Assembly: GCA_051532055.1 (NCBI GenBank)
Contig: JAOPTX010000046.1
Coordinates: forward strand, 1 to 18,967
DNA from: Fibrobacterales bacterium
Lineage (GTDB): Bacteria > Fibrobacterota > Fibrobacteria > Fibrobacterales > JAOPTW01
DNA length: 18,967 nucleotides
Direction: 5' to 3'
The translations under genes were made by a program, and so were the position numbers. Of the stretch, positions 9,261-18,860 are shown in pieces; within the stretch, counting starts at the first letter, position 1, and each line of letters starts with the position of its first letter. The notes below the pieces were generated by a model. It did not search any database. It was not told where the DNA came from and saw only the letters and a list, made by a program, of their open reading frames with translations.

Positions 9261-10091
9261 CTAGCCTTCCAAAGTATTGGAGAGGGGGAAAAAATTGATA
9301 TTGAGCATATACACTTGTTCGGGATTCTGATCGTTGACGGCGAGTTTCATAAGGCGAGATCGGCAGTCGCGAATGATGTCGATATAGCTCTTGTAGCTTT
9401 CTTTTGAAAATGAGAGTGTGGTTGCAGAGGAGAGTCGTTTCTTGGGTTTCCAACGGTCAAATGCGGTAATTGCCATTTGTAACATCTCTACTTGATAGTT
9501 AATCACTTGGTGCGCCCCTAAATTACTGGTTTGCTTGGCATTGAGCAGGGGTTCTGTTTGTTGGTATGTGCCCTCTATTCGTTTTAAAAAGCCGAGCTTT
9601 ATCAGAAGTACAACAGATGCTTTTGCTTGCTTCGCACTAATAGCAGGTTTTAGAAATTTTCCGAGGAGCCCATAATCTTCTTTAAAGTCTAAAAGGGTGA
9701 CTGCCTCGCGTATTGCACTGTGATACCATGCAGAGAAGTACTCATACTGCTCTTCGGAGATGGTTTTTACATGGCGCATTTTTTGTTTTTCAATCATCTT
9801 TTCAAAAAAAACATTTTGGGCTTTAACGGATTTAGCTTGATTAAAGGATACTAGGTTTTCAAAATATTCGGCTTCATCGTCATCAAGTCCAAAGGCGATA
9901 CAGGTTTTAAGAATGGTCTCTTTCGTAAGGTTTCTTTTTCCTTTAATTACTTGGGGATAAAAAGATGATGAGTTGATATCTGCTTTTTGTGCATAGTAAC
10001 GGTATGAGAAGGTGCGGTTTTGTGCCGACTTCATCGCTTGAAGATCACTTAAATATTTTCGGTAGTCCGAATAGTCATATACTGAAATCAT
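9261..10091 (-). CDS. TIGR02147 family protein (N-terminal HTH, DUF4423-like C-terminus), putative regulator
   Basis: Typical family pattern YDYSDYRKYL..FSYRYYAQKA..SSSF..VIKGKRNLT..YFENLVSFNQAK..YFSAWYHSAIRE..VYMLNINFFPLS; 276 aa. Confidence 0.9.
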   Translation of the reverse strand: MISVYDYSDYRKYLSDLQAMKSAQNRTFSYRYYAQKADINSSSFYPQVIKGKRNLTKETILKTCIAFGLDDDEAEYFENLVSFNQAKSVKAQNVFFEKMIEKQKMRHVKTISEEQYEYFSAWYHSAIREAVTLLDFKEDYGLLGKFLKPAISAKQAKASVVLLIKLGFLKRIEGTYQQTEPLLNAKQTSNLGAHQVINYQVEMLQMAITAFDRWKPKKRLSSATTLSFSKESYKSYIDIIRDCRSRLMKLAVNDQNPEQVYMLNINFFPLSNTLEG

Positions 10092-10263
10092 GTGTGTCTC
10101 GCTTATATCGCTCTTACTGGTATATGGTGGATAATAATATTAATCCCTTAATAATATACTCAGTTTTTGGTCTAAAAGATCATTCTAGGGCGTTTTTTAT
10201 CGAAGTGGTAGTTTTTTGTGTAATCACCTTGCTCGGGTCCTTGAATGCATTCAAAACAGAGTT

Positions 10264-10301
10264 AAAAAAATAGATAGGAGCGCTAACTCTCTATCTATTT
10301 T
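10264..10301 (-). terminator. Intrinsic terminator-like hairpin downstream of the small ORF (possibly bidirectional)
   Basis: AAAATAGATAG-GAG cgctaa CTC-t-CTATCTATTTT (10267-10301). The A7 at 10264-10270 gives a U-tract on the minus strand. A second small IR, AGTACTAA/TTAGTACT, lies at 10303-10324. Confidence 0.65.
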
Positions 10302-10346
10302 GAGTACTAATGGGGGTTAGTACTATGAAAGTCTTATGTAGGATGG

Positions 10347-10445
10347 TTATACGGCAGTAAGGAACCCTGCATAGGATACTACAAGTGTTACCAGAGCTAC
10401 AAATGAGTATTGTGCGAGGTCGATAAGTATTTCGTGATATTTCAT
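10347..10445 (-). CDS. Small 32-aa hydrophobic membrane peptide (MKYHEILIDLAQYSFVALVTLVVSYAGFLTAV)
   Basis: Manually translated; below the ORF-track cutoff. SD AAAAGGGAG 7 nt before ATG, a hydrophobic C-terminal stretch of about 20 aa, and a downstream terminator hairpin. Confidence 0.6.
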   Translation of the reverse strand: MKYHEILIDLAQYSFVALVTLVVSYAGFLTAV

Positions 10446-10588
10446 GGTGTTACTCCCTTTTGTCACAGGTTTGGTGTTTTAGCGTCTTTGTGTATGTGTA
10501 CCTGTGTGTACTTGTTCCCGTTCTCTTACCTTAAGTTAAATTCAGAAAGGAGTGAGTGAACAAAAATTGAATATTTTTAGTTCATTTG

Positions 10589-10670
10589 TGGTTACAGATG
10601 TAATCAGTAAACTTATGTAAACAGTCAAAAAGGCTATTTTAAACAAATTTGGTCAAAAACATGTAATCAC
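10589..10670. promoter_or_regulatory. Cluster of TGTAAYCA-like boxes, candidate transcription factor operator
   Basis: Palindrome TGGTTACA-GA-TGTAATCA (10589-10606), TGTAAACA (10616-10623), TGTAATCAC (10662-10670). Another TGTAATCAC is at 10219-10227. Confidence 0.45.
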
Positions 10671-10731
10671 TTGGGTGGGTGTAGGCGTGTATTTCTGTTA
10701 TGGACAAATGACAGTAAGTGTCGTACACTGA

Positions 10732-11958
10732 ATGAAATCTATCTTACTAGAGTTATCTGTGTCTGAGTTAGAACATGGCCATATGAAATACACCGGTATC
10801 AACTCACTCCGATTGGTAGTAATGATTTTTGTCGTTATTTTTACTTTCGACCATGAGTATCTGTTATATAAATCTATCTGTATTGGTAATCTTGTCTTTT
10901 CCGCTCTTTGGTTGATTGCCGAAGAGTTTCGCTATATTGATGTATCTAAATATCCTCGACTCTCTTGGGTAGCAACGTCGTCAGATTTGATAATGGTTGC
11001 CTTGGTATTTTTTATGACGGGAACGGTTAACTCATTTATAAATATTGGCTTTCTGTTAGTTACTGCCGTCTGTTGTCTTAATTTAAAAACGGGTCAGGGC
11101 CTTTTTTCTGCAATTGTATCGATACTCTTCTATGTTTCAATATCTCTAATGGTCCTACTTGGCTTATTTCCAGACATCAATATACTCGGTGCAGAGAATG
11201 GAGTGACACTTCAGGCTTTCTTGATCTCTTCGGTATTGTTTACGGCAGCGAATATTGCTGTGTACCTCTTGGTGACTGAATTGATGAAACGAAATAAAAA
11301 TCTATATCTTGAAGTAGAAGATCAGAAACATAAAAATGAAGAGTTGCTTCTTAATATACTTCCCTATAGTACGGTTAAAGAGCTACAACTCTATGGTCGC
11401 TCAATCCCCCGTAAAGTAAATCAGGCAACAATCTTCTTTTCTGACTTTGTCAATTTTACCAATATATCAAAAGGAATGCTTGCCGAAGACCTGGTAGATA
11501 AACTCGACGGCTTTTTTACGTTTTTTGATAAAACCTTAGAGCAATATCAGATTGAAAAATTAAAGACGATCGGTGATGGATATATGGCGGTATCGGGGGT
11601 GTTGGGTGACTATAAACAGCAGGCAGTAAATATGTGTAATGCGGCATTGGATATTCTTGAATATATGAAGATTCATGAACTGGATGATAAAAATGTGTGG
11701 AACGTACGTATTGGGATTAATACCGGTCAAGTGATTGCAGGCATTATAGGGAAATCAAAATTTTCGTACGATGTATGGGGTCAGGCGGTTAATTTGGCAG
11801 CGAGGCTCGAGAGTGCGAGTGAATCAGGCAAGATCAATATTTCTCAAGAGACTTATGCACTGACAAAAGATGTTTTTGAATATGAGTATCGTGGTAAAAT
11901 CAGTGTTAAGGGTATTGAGGGGGTTGATATGTATTATTTGGTTGGGAGGAAGGAGTAA
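10732..11958 (+). CDS. Membrane-bound class III adenylate/guanylate cyclase (probably adenylate cyclase)
   Basis: Multiple N-terminal TM helices; EELLLNILP; IFFSDFVNFT; EKLKTIGDGYM; RIGINTG..GIIG..KFSYDVWGQAVNLAARLES. The K and D substrate-specifying residues indicate ATP. Confidence 0.93.
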   Translation: MKSILLELSVSELEHGHMKYTGINSLRLVVMIFVVIFTFDHEYLLYKSICIGNLVFSALWLIAEEFRYIDVSKYPRLSWVATSSDLIMVALVFFMTGTVNSFINIGFLLVTAVCCLNLKTGQGLFSAIVSILFYVSISLMVLLGLFPDINILGAENGVTLQAFLISSVLFTAANIAVYLLVTELMKRNKNLYLEVEDQKHKNEELLLNILPYSTVKELQLYGRSIPRKVNQATIFFSDFVNFTNISKGMLAEDLVDKLDGFFTFFDKTLEQYQIEKLKTIGDGYMAVSGVLGDYKQQAVNMCNAALDILEYMKIHELDDKNVWNVRIGINTGQVIAGIIGKSKFSYDVWGQAVNLAARLESASESGKINISQETYALTKDVFEYEYRGKISVKGIEGVDMYYLVGRKE

Positions 11959-12262
11959 GGTGCAAGGTGCAGGACGCGCACCTCACTAATTGAGTAATAA
12001 TCTTTTAGATTACTCTAATGTGTTCTAAAACTGGAGCATATTTCTGGATGTGAATGGATTAGAGTTTTTCTGGTATATAATAAAGGGCACTTTTAGGCCG
12101 TTTAAGGTGCTTTTAGAGGGTTTTCAAAAAGAAGAACGGTTTGAGTACAACTTCGGTGCGATTTTAGAACGGTATCTGGTGCGCCTCTGTGTTGGGAGTG
12201 TGTCCTCTTTTCTCAATAAGGTATCCTTGTGTTATTAAACAACAACACTTTAAGGACTCTCT

Positions 12263-14017
<1,755 letters not shown>

Positions 14018-14086
14018 TAATCCGGTATTTATCTACTTGATTCAATCAGTGTAGGTTTTGCGTGACTGGTTACTCAGCAAAGAAAA

Positions 14087-14123
14087 TATGAAAAGGACCT
14101 GTACTGTGCAGGTTCTTTTCATA
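14087..14123. terminator. Hairpin between convergent FISUMP and integrase genes, probable (bidirectional) terminator
   Basis: TATGAAAAGGACCTGTAC / GTGCAGGTTCTTTTCATA inverted repeat. Both mismatches are G:U pairs on the + strand. Confidence 0.65.
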
Positions 14124-14353
14124 GTGGAGTGCGTTGTGTCAGAGCGGTATCTAGACAGCTTTATTTGTGTTGCTTATTGATTTATGGATTAACTATAAGC
14201 TTTATTGCGAATAAGTAGTGAGGGCCATATTTATGTTGTTGTAGATGAGGGACACTACTATGAGATGGCTAAAGAAGATGAAAGCGTCAGACTAACAGGC
14301 AAAAGTGCCAAACGAACATACAATAGTAGGTGCTGAGCTCATTTGAGAAATAA

Positions 14354-15448
14354 CTACAGTAGAGAGGGAAGGTGACTTAACGACTCCTGAGCTACCTTTG
14401 TATAGCGGGTGGTAGTGTTTATATCACTATGACCCATCAGTTTTTGAATATAACGCAGATCAACCCCTTTTTCGAGAAGATGTGTCGCAAAGCTATGACG
14501 GAAGGTGTGAGGAGAAACAGTCTTGGTAATGGACGTTTTAGATGTGGCCTTTTTTACGATGGCGGCGATAGTTCTCGGAGAGAGCCCGCCACCTCGTTCA
14601 CTGGTAAATAAGTGATCACCGGGTTCCCGCTCACTGATCATTGAATTAATGTCACTACAGAGGCTAGGAGGGATTATGACAATTCGATCCTTTTGCCCTT
14701 TAGCGTTTTTGAGATGAATACTTCGTATTTGAAGATCTAAATCCTTGATCAGCAGGTTGCACACCTCTGAAACCCTCATACCTGTGGCATACATCAGGGA
14801 TATGGCCATATGGTGTTTGGTGTTTTTGATTTTACTTAAGATCTCTTGTACTTCTTGAGGATTGAGAACAACCGGCAGATGCTTAGTTCGACGAGGACGA
14901 TGGTGCAGTACGAAATCAAATGGTCTCTTGAGAGAGTGAATATAGAGAACTTTTAACGCTGAGATTGTGATGTTGATGGTAGAGCCTTTGTAGCGTTTTT
15001 CTTCTATTAAGTAGTGTAGGAATGCTTCGATTTTTTCGTTATCAATCTTATTAAAGGAGTAGCCCAAATAAGTGTCGAGCATTTGTAGATTACTGATATA
15101 GTTTGTGATGGTGCATTGACTATAATTTTGGCGAGTAAGTGCTTTGGTGACTGCTTTGAAATGCTTTTGGTTGATTGATTGTTCTTGTACTTCGACCGTC
15201 GGGTATATGTTATTAAAGAAGTATAAAATGATATACCGCACGTACTTTGCATCAGAATCTTTTAATTGTTCTCGAAGCTCAATATAAGTGTTCACCACAT
15301 TGATTGTGAGTTCATCTTGAGTCTCTGACCATTTAAGGAATTGCTCAATAAGTTTTGTATGATATTTAATAACGGTTTCAGTTTTATTTTGAGTTTTTAG
15401 GTATTGCTCTAGTGCGGTAAGGTAGTCTGTCATGGTGTATAGTTCCAT
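14354..15448 (-). CDS. Tyrosine recombinase (integron-like integrase lacking the IntI-specific insertion)
   Basis: Complete catalytic set: GMRVSE (R), AKGQKDR (K), HTFRHSFATHLLE (H-x-x-R), LMGHS (H), TTRYT (Y). Also has KHLPVVL and SAM-like N-terminal domain(s). Divergent from the cassette array. Confidence 0.92.
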   Translation of the reverse strand: MELYTMTDYLTALEQYLKTQNKTETVIKYHTKLIEQFLKWSETQDELTINVVNTYIELREQLKDSDAKYVRYIILYFFNNIYPTVEVQEQSINQKHFKAVTKALTRQNYSQCTITNYISNLQMLDTYLGYSFNKIDNEKIEAFLHYLIEEKRYKGSTINITISALKVLYIHSLKRPFDFVLHHRPRRTKHLPVVLNPQEVQEILSKIKNTKHHMAISLMYATGMRVSEVCNLLIKDLDLQIRSIHLKNAKGQKDRIVIIPPSLCSDINSMISEREPGDHLFTSERGGGLSPRTIAAIVKKATSKTSITKTVSPHTFRHSFATHLLEKGVDLRYIQKLMGHSDINTTTRYTKVAQESLSHLPSLL

Positions 15449-15505
15449 TGAAATATAGTTAGACGCAACTCAGCATTCTTATGGGACAGTTATTTTTAAA
15501 TAGTT

Positions 15506-15636
15506 CCTACATCTCCGGTTTTTATAGAGAAGTAGGCAATGTCTGACATACTTTAGCGGAATATCTGGAGAAGTACGCAATACCTACTTCTTGGTGTTGT
15601 GGTGGAGAGTTGGCAGTATTGCGTACTCTTTTAGTT
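15506..15636 (+). promoter_or_regulatory. attI-like region with repeated candidate recombinase/regulator binding sites ending at the GTT crossover core
   Basis: Direct repeat GAGAAGTA(G/C)GCAAT at 15527-15540 and 15568-15581. Inverted copies CCTACATCTC (15506-15515) and CCTACTTCT (15583-15591). Perfect 12-bp IR AGTACGCAATAC/GTATTGCGTACT (15572-15583/15616-15627). GTT at 15634. Confidence 0.55.
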
Positions 15637-15751
15637 GAGGCTAATTACAAAGGGCAGGAAACATCGCTCAGTATAATTAAAATGTCACATTATATGATAT
15701 CAATGTTTATTACTATTATTATACATATAAGAAAAACACCGAGGGTATATT

Positions 15752-16711
15752 GTGAAGGCAGTATTTTCATATCCAACAAAATTTTGGATTGAGAACACAA
15801 GTGAAAATAAATTTGATCTTAATTCTCAATTTGCTATAAATGATATCCAGTGTTCGTTGACCTTAAAAACAAATCAGGTTTCCGATATTAAGAATGAAGA
15901 TGGTTCAATTAAATATTTTTATTGTAATTGTTATTTGTTACAAATGGAATTGCAAAAAGAAGGTGTCATATGGGAAGAATTGTCCAAAGAAAAGGTATAT
16001 TCGATAGTATATAATATGATATCTGAGGTCATAAAATATTTGAGATCAATAGGCTTAACCAAGCACATTAGGGTGCCTGTTTATAATAAAAAATATTCTG
16101 AATATTATTTAGATAAATGGGAGTTTAATTATTCAGCAGATGAGCAATTGATACCTTTAATTTCTAAATCAGGGATTATTCCTATAGGTCTTCACACTGA
16201 TACTCCAAATACTGAGTTTAATGGCGAACTAAAAGTAAATCAATGGGATGCTATAGACAATGCGCTGAAAAATCAAGACAAACCACCAATTCAAAATGAA
16301 TTTATAGTTCGTGCCTTGGAGTATTTAGAAAAAGAAGATTTAAGATCTAGCATCATAGAGGCAACTATAGCACTTGAAATTGTAGTTTCAAGTTATCTCA
16401 CTAAGCAGCTAGAAAGTAGGGAATTTGCTAATGAAAAGATTAAAAATTTCTTAAAGCCTACTCTGGATCTGCATTCAAGAGTCAGTGTGCTAATTAGCTT
16501 GTTTGCACCCAAAATTGTTCTTGATCATTTGAATTTTACTAATGTTTTGACTTGTATTAAATGGCGGAATAATATTATCCATAAAACAGGAGATTTACCT
16601 GAGGGAATAAATACTGAGGAATCAAAGGATAAAATATTTTCAATGATCTCAATGGTATTTTATTTGGATACTGCTATTGAAATGAAAACAGAAACTAAAC
16701 TAGTGGAATGA
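15752..16711 (+). CDS. HEPN-motif protein (ApeA/HEPN-like putative RNase)
   Basis: GTG start with GAGGG SD. C-terminal helical domain with SIIEATIALE and the RxxxxH motif WRNNIIH. Confidence 0.6.
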   Translation: MKAVFSYPTKFWIENTSENKFDLNSQFAINDIQCSLTLKTNQVSDIKNEDGSIKYFYCNCYLLQMELQKEGVIWEELSKEKVYSIVYNMISEVIKYLRSIGLTKHIRVPVYNKKYSEYYLDKWEFNYSADEQLIPLISKSGIIPIGLHTDTPNTEFNGELKVNQWDAIDNALKNQDKPPIQNEFIVRALEYLEKEDLRSSIIEATIALEIVVSSYLTKQLESREFANEKIKNFLKPTLDLHSRVSVLISLFAPKIVLDHLNFTNVLTCIKWRNNIIHKTGDLPEGINTEESKDKIFSMISMVFYLDTAIEMKTETKLVE

Positions 16712-17637
16712 ACCAAATGATGGAAGAAGAAAGAGAAAGGACTGGAGTCCAAGGTTGGAAACAGTTTTTGTCAAATAAAAAAGTTTTATTGGATCATTTT
16801 GACAGAGCAAAAGAAAAAGATCAAATTCATAAGGTACAAACATATCGAGGTGTGGTAGCTGAAGAAGAATTTAGGAAATGGTTATCAGAATTTCTTCCCA
16901 AAAAATACGCTGTTACATCTGGATATATTATATCCCAAAATGTATCTGAAGATATAAAGGCTCCACATTATGATGTAATTATTTACGATTATCTAAATTC
17001 TCCTATTTTGTGGTGTGATGATCACTCAGGGGCATCAAGTAATGGTAAATCGAGGGCTATTCCAGCCGAACATGTTATGGCTGTATTAGAAGTAAAATCA
17101 AAACTTAATTCAACAACTGTTAAAGATTCGATTAATCATTTATCTGAATTGAGCTCCTTATGCCCAACCTCGGATCAGCAAACAGATAGGTATAACAGTT
17201 ATTTACCAAGCCATTTCTTTTGTGGAATCATTTGTTATGAGTTGATTAAGCAGGATGAGTATAGCATTGCAATTTTTGAAAATATGCTTAGGGACGAAAA
17301 AGAGGTGCCCGATGGTTTTTTTGGAGTATTAATTTTAAGAGGAGAAGGGCTGCCAATAAATTGTACTGGTAAAATTGACCTTTTAGTAGGAACAACTAAT
17401 ATAAAGTGTTCAATAAAAAAAGATGAGATTTCACTTCTTAGTAAACATTCTGCAAAATTAAGTAATTCAGTAAAATACAAAAACAAGTTTATGTGTGCTA
17501 TGTTAGATTGGAATGAAGCTGTATTTTCTCAATTTGCTTTTGATTTGATTGCAAGATTGACAGGTGATTATAGGCCTGGCTATGCTTCAAGTATGCATGC
17601 GATGAACTGGGTGAAGCCTAAAAATAAAATTGATTAA
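16708..17637 (+). CDS. DUF6602-like PD-(D/E)XK nuclease-fold protein
   Basis: ATGA overlap with the upstream gene. GVVAEEEFRKWLSEFLPKKYAVTSGYII..YDVIIYD..IPAEHVMAVLEVKSKL is the DUF6602-type E..D..EVK pattern. Confidence 0.72.
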   Translation: MNQMMEEERERTGVQGWKQFLSNKKVLLDHFDRAKEKDQIHKVQTYRGVVAEEEFRKWLSEFLPKKYAVTSGYIISQNVSEDIKAPHYDVIIYDYLNSPILWCDDHSGASSNGKSRAIPAEHVMAVLEVKSKLNSTTVKDSINHLSELSSLCPTSDQQTDRYNSYLPSHFFCGIICYELIKQDEYSIAIFENMLRDEKEVPDGFFGVLILRGEGLPINCTGKIDLLVGTTNIKCSIKKDEISLLSKHSAKLSNSVKYKNKFMCAMLDWNEAVFSQFAFDLIARLTGDYRPGYASSMHAMNWVKPKNKID

Positions 17638-17709
17638 CTCCTACCAGAGTGAAGCAATTCATAAATATATTTAAAATATTAAAAGACTATTTAGAGATAG
17701 AATGCGATA

Positions 17710-17797
17710 GCCCTTTGTAACTAGCCTCAACAGCGTGAGCATGCAATTATTCCCCTAAAGATGGGAATAACTGCATACTGGCACACAAACGTTGTCA
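17710..17797 (+). other. attC-like recombination site 1
   Basis: AAC (17729-17731) ... GTT (17791-17793) enclosing the imperfect hairpin GCGTG-AGC-ATGCAATTATTCCC [CTAAAGAT] GGGAATAACTGCAT-ACT-gg-CACAC, with two extrahelical bases and an unpaired spacer. Confidence 0.75.
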
Positions 17798-17912
17798 CAA
17801 ATTATTTGGAGTAGAGAGGCTTTACTTTTGTAGATACTTTTTAAAGAAAAGTAATATGAGGAATTGGTTTTCTATATTTTTAAAATTATGATATAACAAA
17901 TGTAGGGATTTC

Positions 17913-18842
17913 GTGATTTGTAATAAATTGATTCTAATGTTAATTGCTCTAATCTGTATATGCGCCTCCATTTCATTTTCTCAAGAAGCAATTGATTCTG
18001 AATACTATAATATCGATTCAATCATTAAAAGGCAAAATCTAACCCTTACAAGTATTAAGGCAAAAACTCCTACTATTAAATGCTCAAAAAAAGAAGAGAG
18101 TAACTTTTGGATTACTGGATTAATCTTGCCATTTTTGGTTACTGTAGGAGCTTCTATGACTATTCTAATTATAAATAAAATTAATACCACCAGAGCAGAA
18201 ATTCAAAAGAAATTATATACTTTGAACTATATGATGAATGCTTGCGACAAAATTCTACACGCTGAATTAATTGTATTAAATCATACTATAAATCCTCATT
18301 TAGATGCTACACAACAGATATTGAAAGGTAATTCTGAATTGAAACATACAATGTTTGTATCTGGTGAGTTTAATATATTAACAGATAAGCCTATTAGCTT
18401 TTCTGGTATAACAGAAGAAAACAAAACACTTGTTGGGTATGACAAAATTGGTGTAATTCATTCTTATGATGTTTTAATTCACAATTTAACGAATGATAAT
18501 GATAGGATTGCATTGAATAAATTTGTTGAAAATTGTTTATCTAGTGAATTAGCCTTTGATCAATATTTACCTGAAGTACAAAAAGATTTATTGAATCAAT
18601 ATTGGGATCACCTTGATAGAATAAAACATAATTCTGAACGAAACATATTTTTTATACACTATATAATCACACGGTTTGTAATGGATTATTTGAAGGACAA
18701 ACAATTTAAGTCATATAAAAAAGATGAAATTTATAATACTATTCATCAAACTAAATTATTAGCTAACCAATACAAAGATCTTATACCAGATGCTGATTTC
18801 ATGGAAAAAGTGAAAAACGGTGGTATTCAAAATGCTATTTAA
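17913..18842 (+). CDS. Hypothetical membrane protein (signal-peptide-like N-terminus, second TM helix, soluble helical C-terminal domain)
   Basis: 309-aa ORF with GTG start and AGGGA SD. Hydrophobic segments LILMLIALICICASISFS and FWITGLILPFLVTVGASMTILII. No family recognised. Confidence 0.7.
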   Translation: MICNKLILMLIALICICASISFSQEAIDSEYYNIDSIIKRQNLTLTSIKAKTPTIKCSKKEESNFWITGLILPFLVTVGASMTILIINKINTTRAEIQKKLYTLNYMMNACDKILHAELIVLNHTINPHLDATQQILKGNSELKHTMFVSGEFNILTDKPISFSGITEENKTLVGYDKIGVIHSYDVLIHNLTNDNDRIALNKFVENCLSSELAFDQYLPEVQKDLLNQYWDHLDRIKHNSERNIFFIHYIITRFVMDYLKDKQFKSYKKDEIYNTIHQTKLLANQYKDLIPDADFMEKVKNGGIQNAI

Positions 18843-18860
18843 TCCAAAGCATGTAGCGTA

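Larger units (their letters stand above)
15634..17791 (+). mobile_element. Integron-like gene cassette 1 (two genes)
   Basis: Begins GTTGAGGCTAATTACAAAGGGC (15634-15655), whose 21/22 reverse complement lies at 17710-17731 and is followed by an attC-like hairpin. AT-rich content. Confidence 0.75.

Noticed and set aside
390..9407. Many 60-115 aa ORFs antisense or out of frame within the T1SS and lipoprotein genes
   Set aside because: Shadow ORFs nested in well-supported CDSs, with no motifs.
9253..9453. N-terminal extension of the 594-aa ORF
   Set aside because: It overlaps the TIGR02147 gene in another frame, and the signal peptide/lipobox begins at ATG 9252 or 9237.
9989..10273. 94-aa plus-strand ORF (and the 62-aa ORF at 12050-12238)
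   Set aside because: GTG starts without a convincing SD, lying over the TIGR02147 5' end or promoter regions, with no protein-like motifs.
11958..11983. AGGTGC repeat and small GC hairpin after the cyclase stop
   Set aside because: Only a 6-bp stem with no U-tract; too weak to call a terminator.
14354..15448. Naming the recombinase xerC/xerD or intI
   Set aside because: It lacks the IntI insertion, while the N-terminal extension and cassette context argue against housekeeping Xer. No symbol assigned without a phylogeny.
15458..15464. GTTAGAC, a perfect GTTRRRY core next to the integrase start
   Set aside because: No matching cassette-end complement. The IR evidence places the crossover at 15634 instead.
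15449..15751. CRISPR array
   Set aside because: The repeats are short, in mixed orientation and irregularly spaced, and no cas genes are present.
15610..15792. 60-aa ORF spanning the attI-like junction
   Set aside because: TTG start, crosses the predicted crossover, overlaps the HEPN gene and has no recognisable features. A translation-enhancing leader role cannot be excluded but is unsupported.
15634..17731. IS, MITE or composite transposon reading of the 22-bp IRs
   Set aside because: No transposase, no target-site duplication, the IRs differ per unit, and they abut AAC-hairpin-GTT sites.
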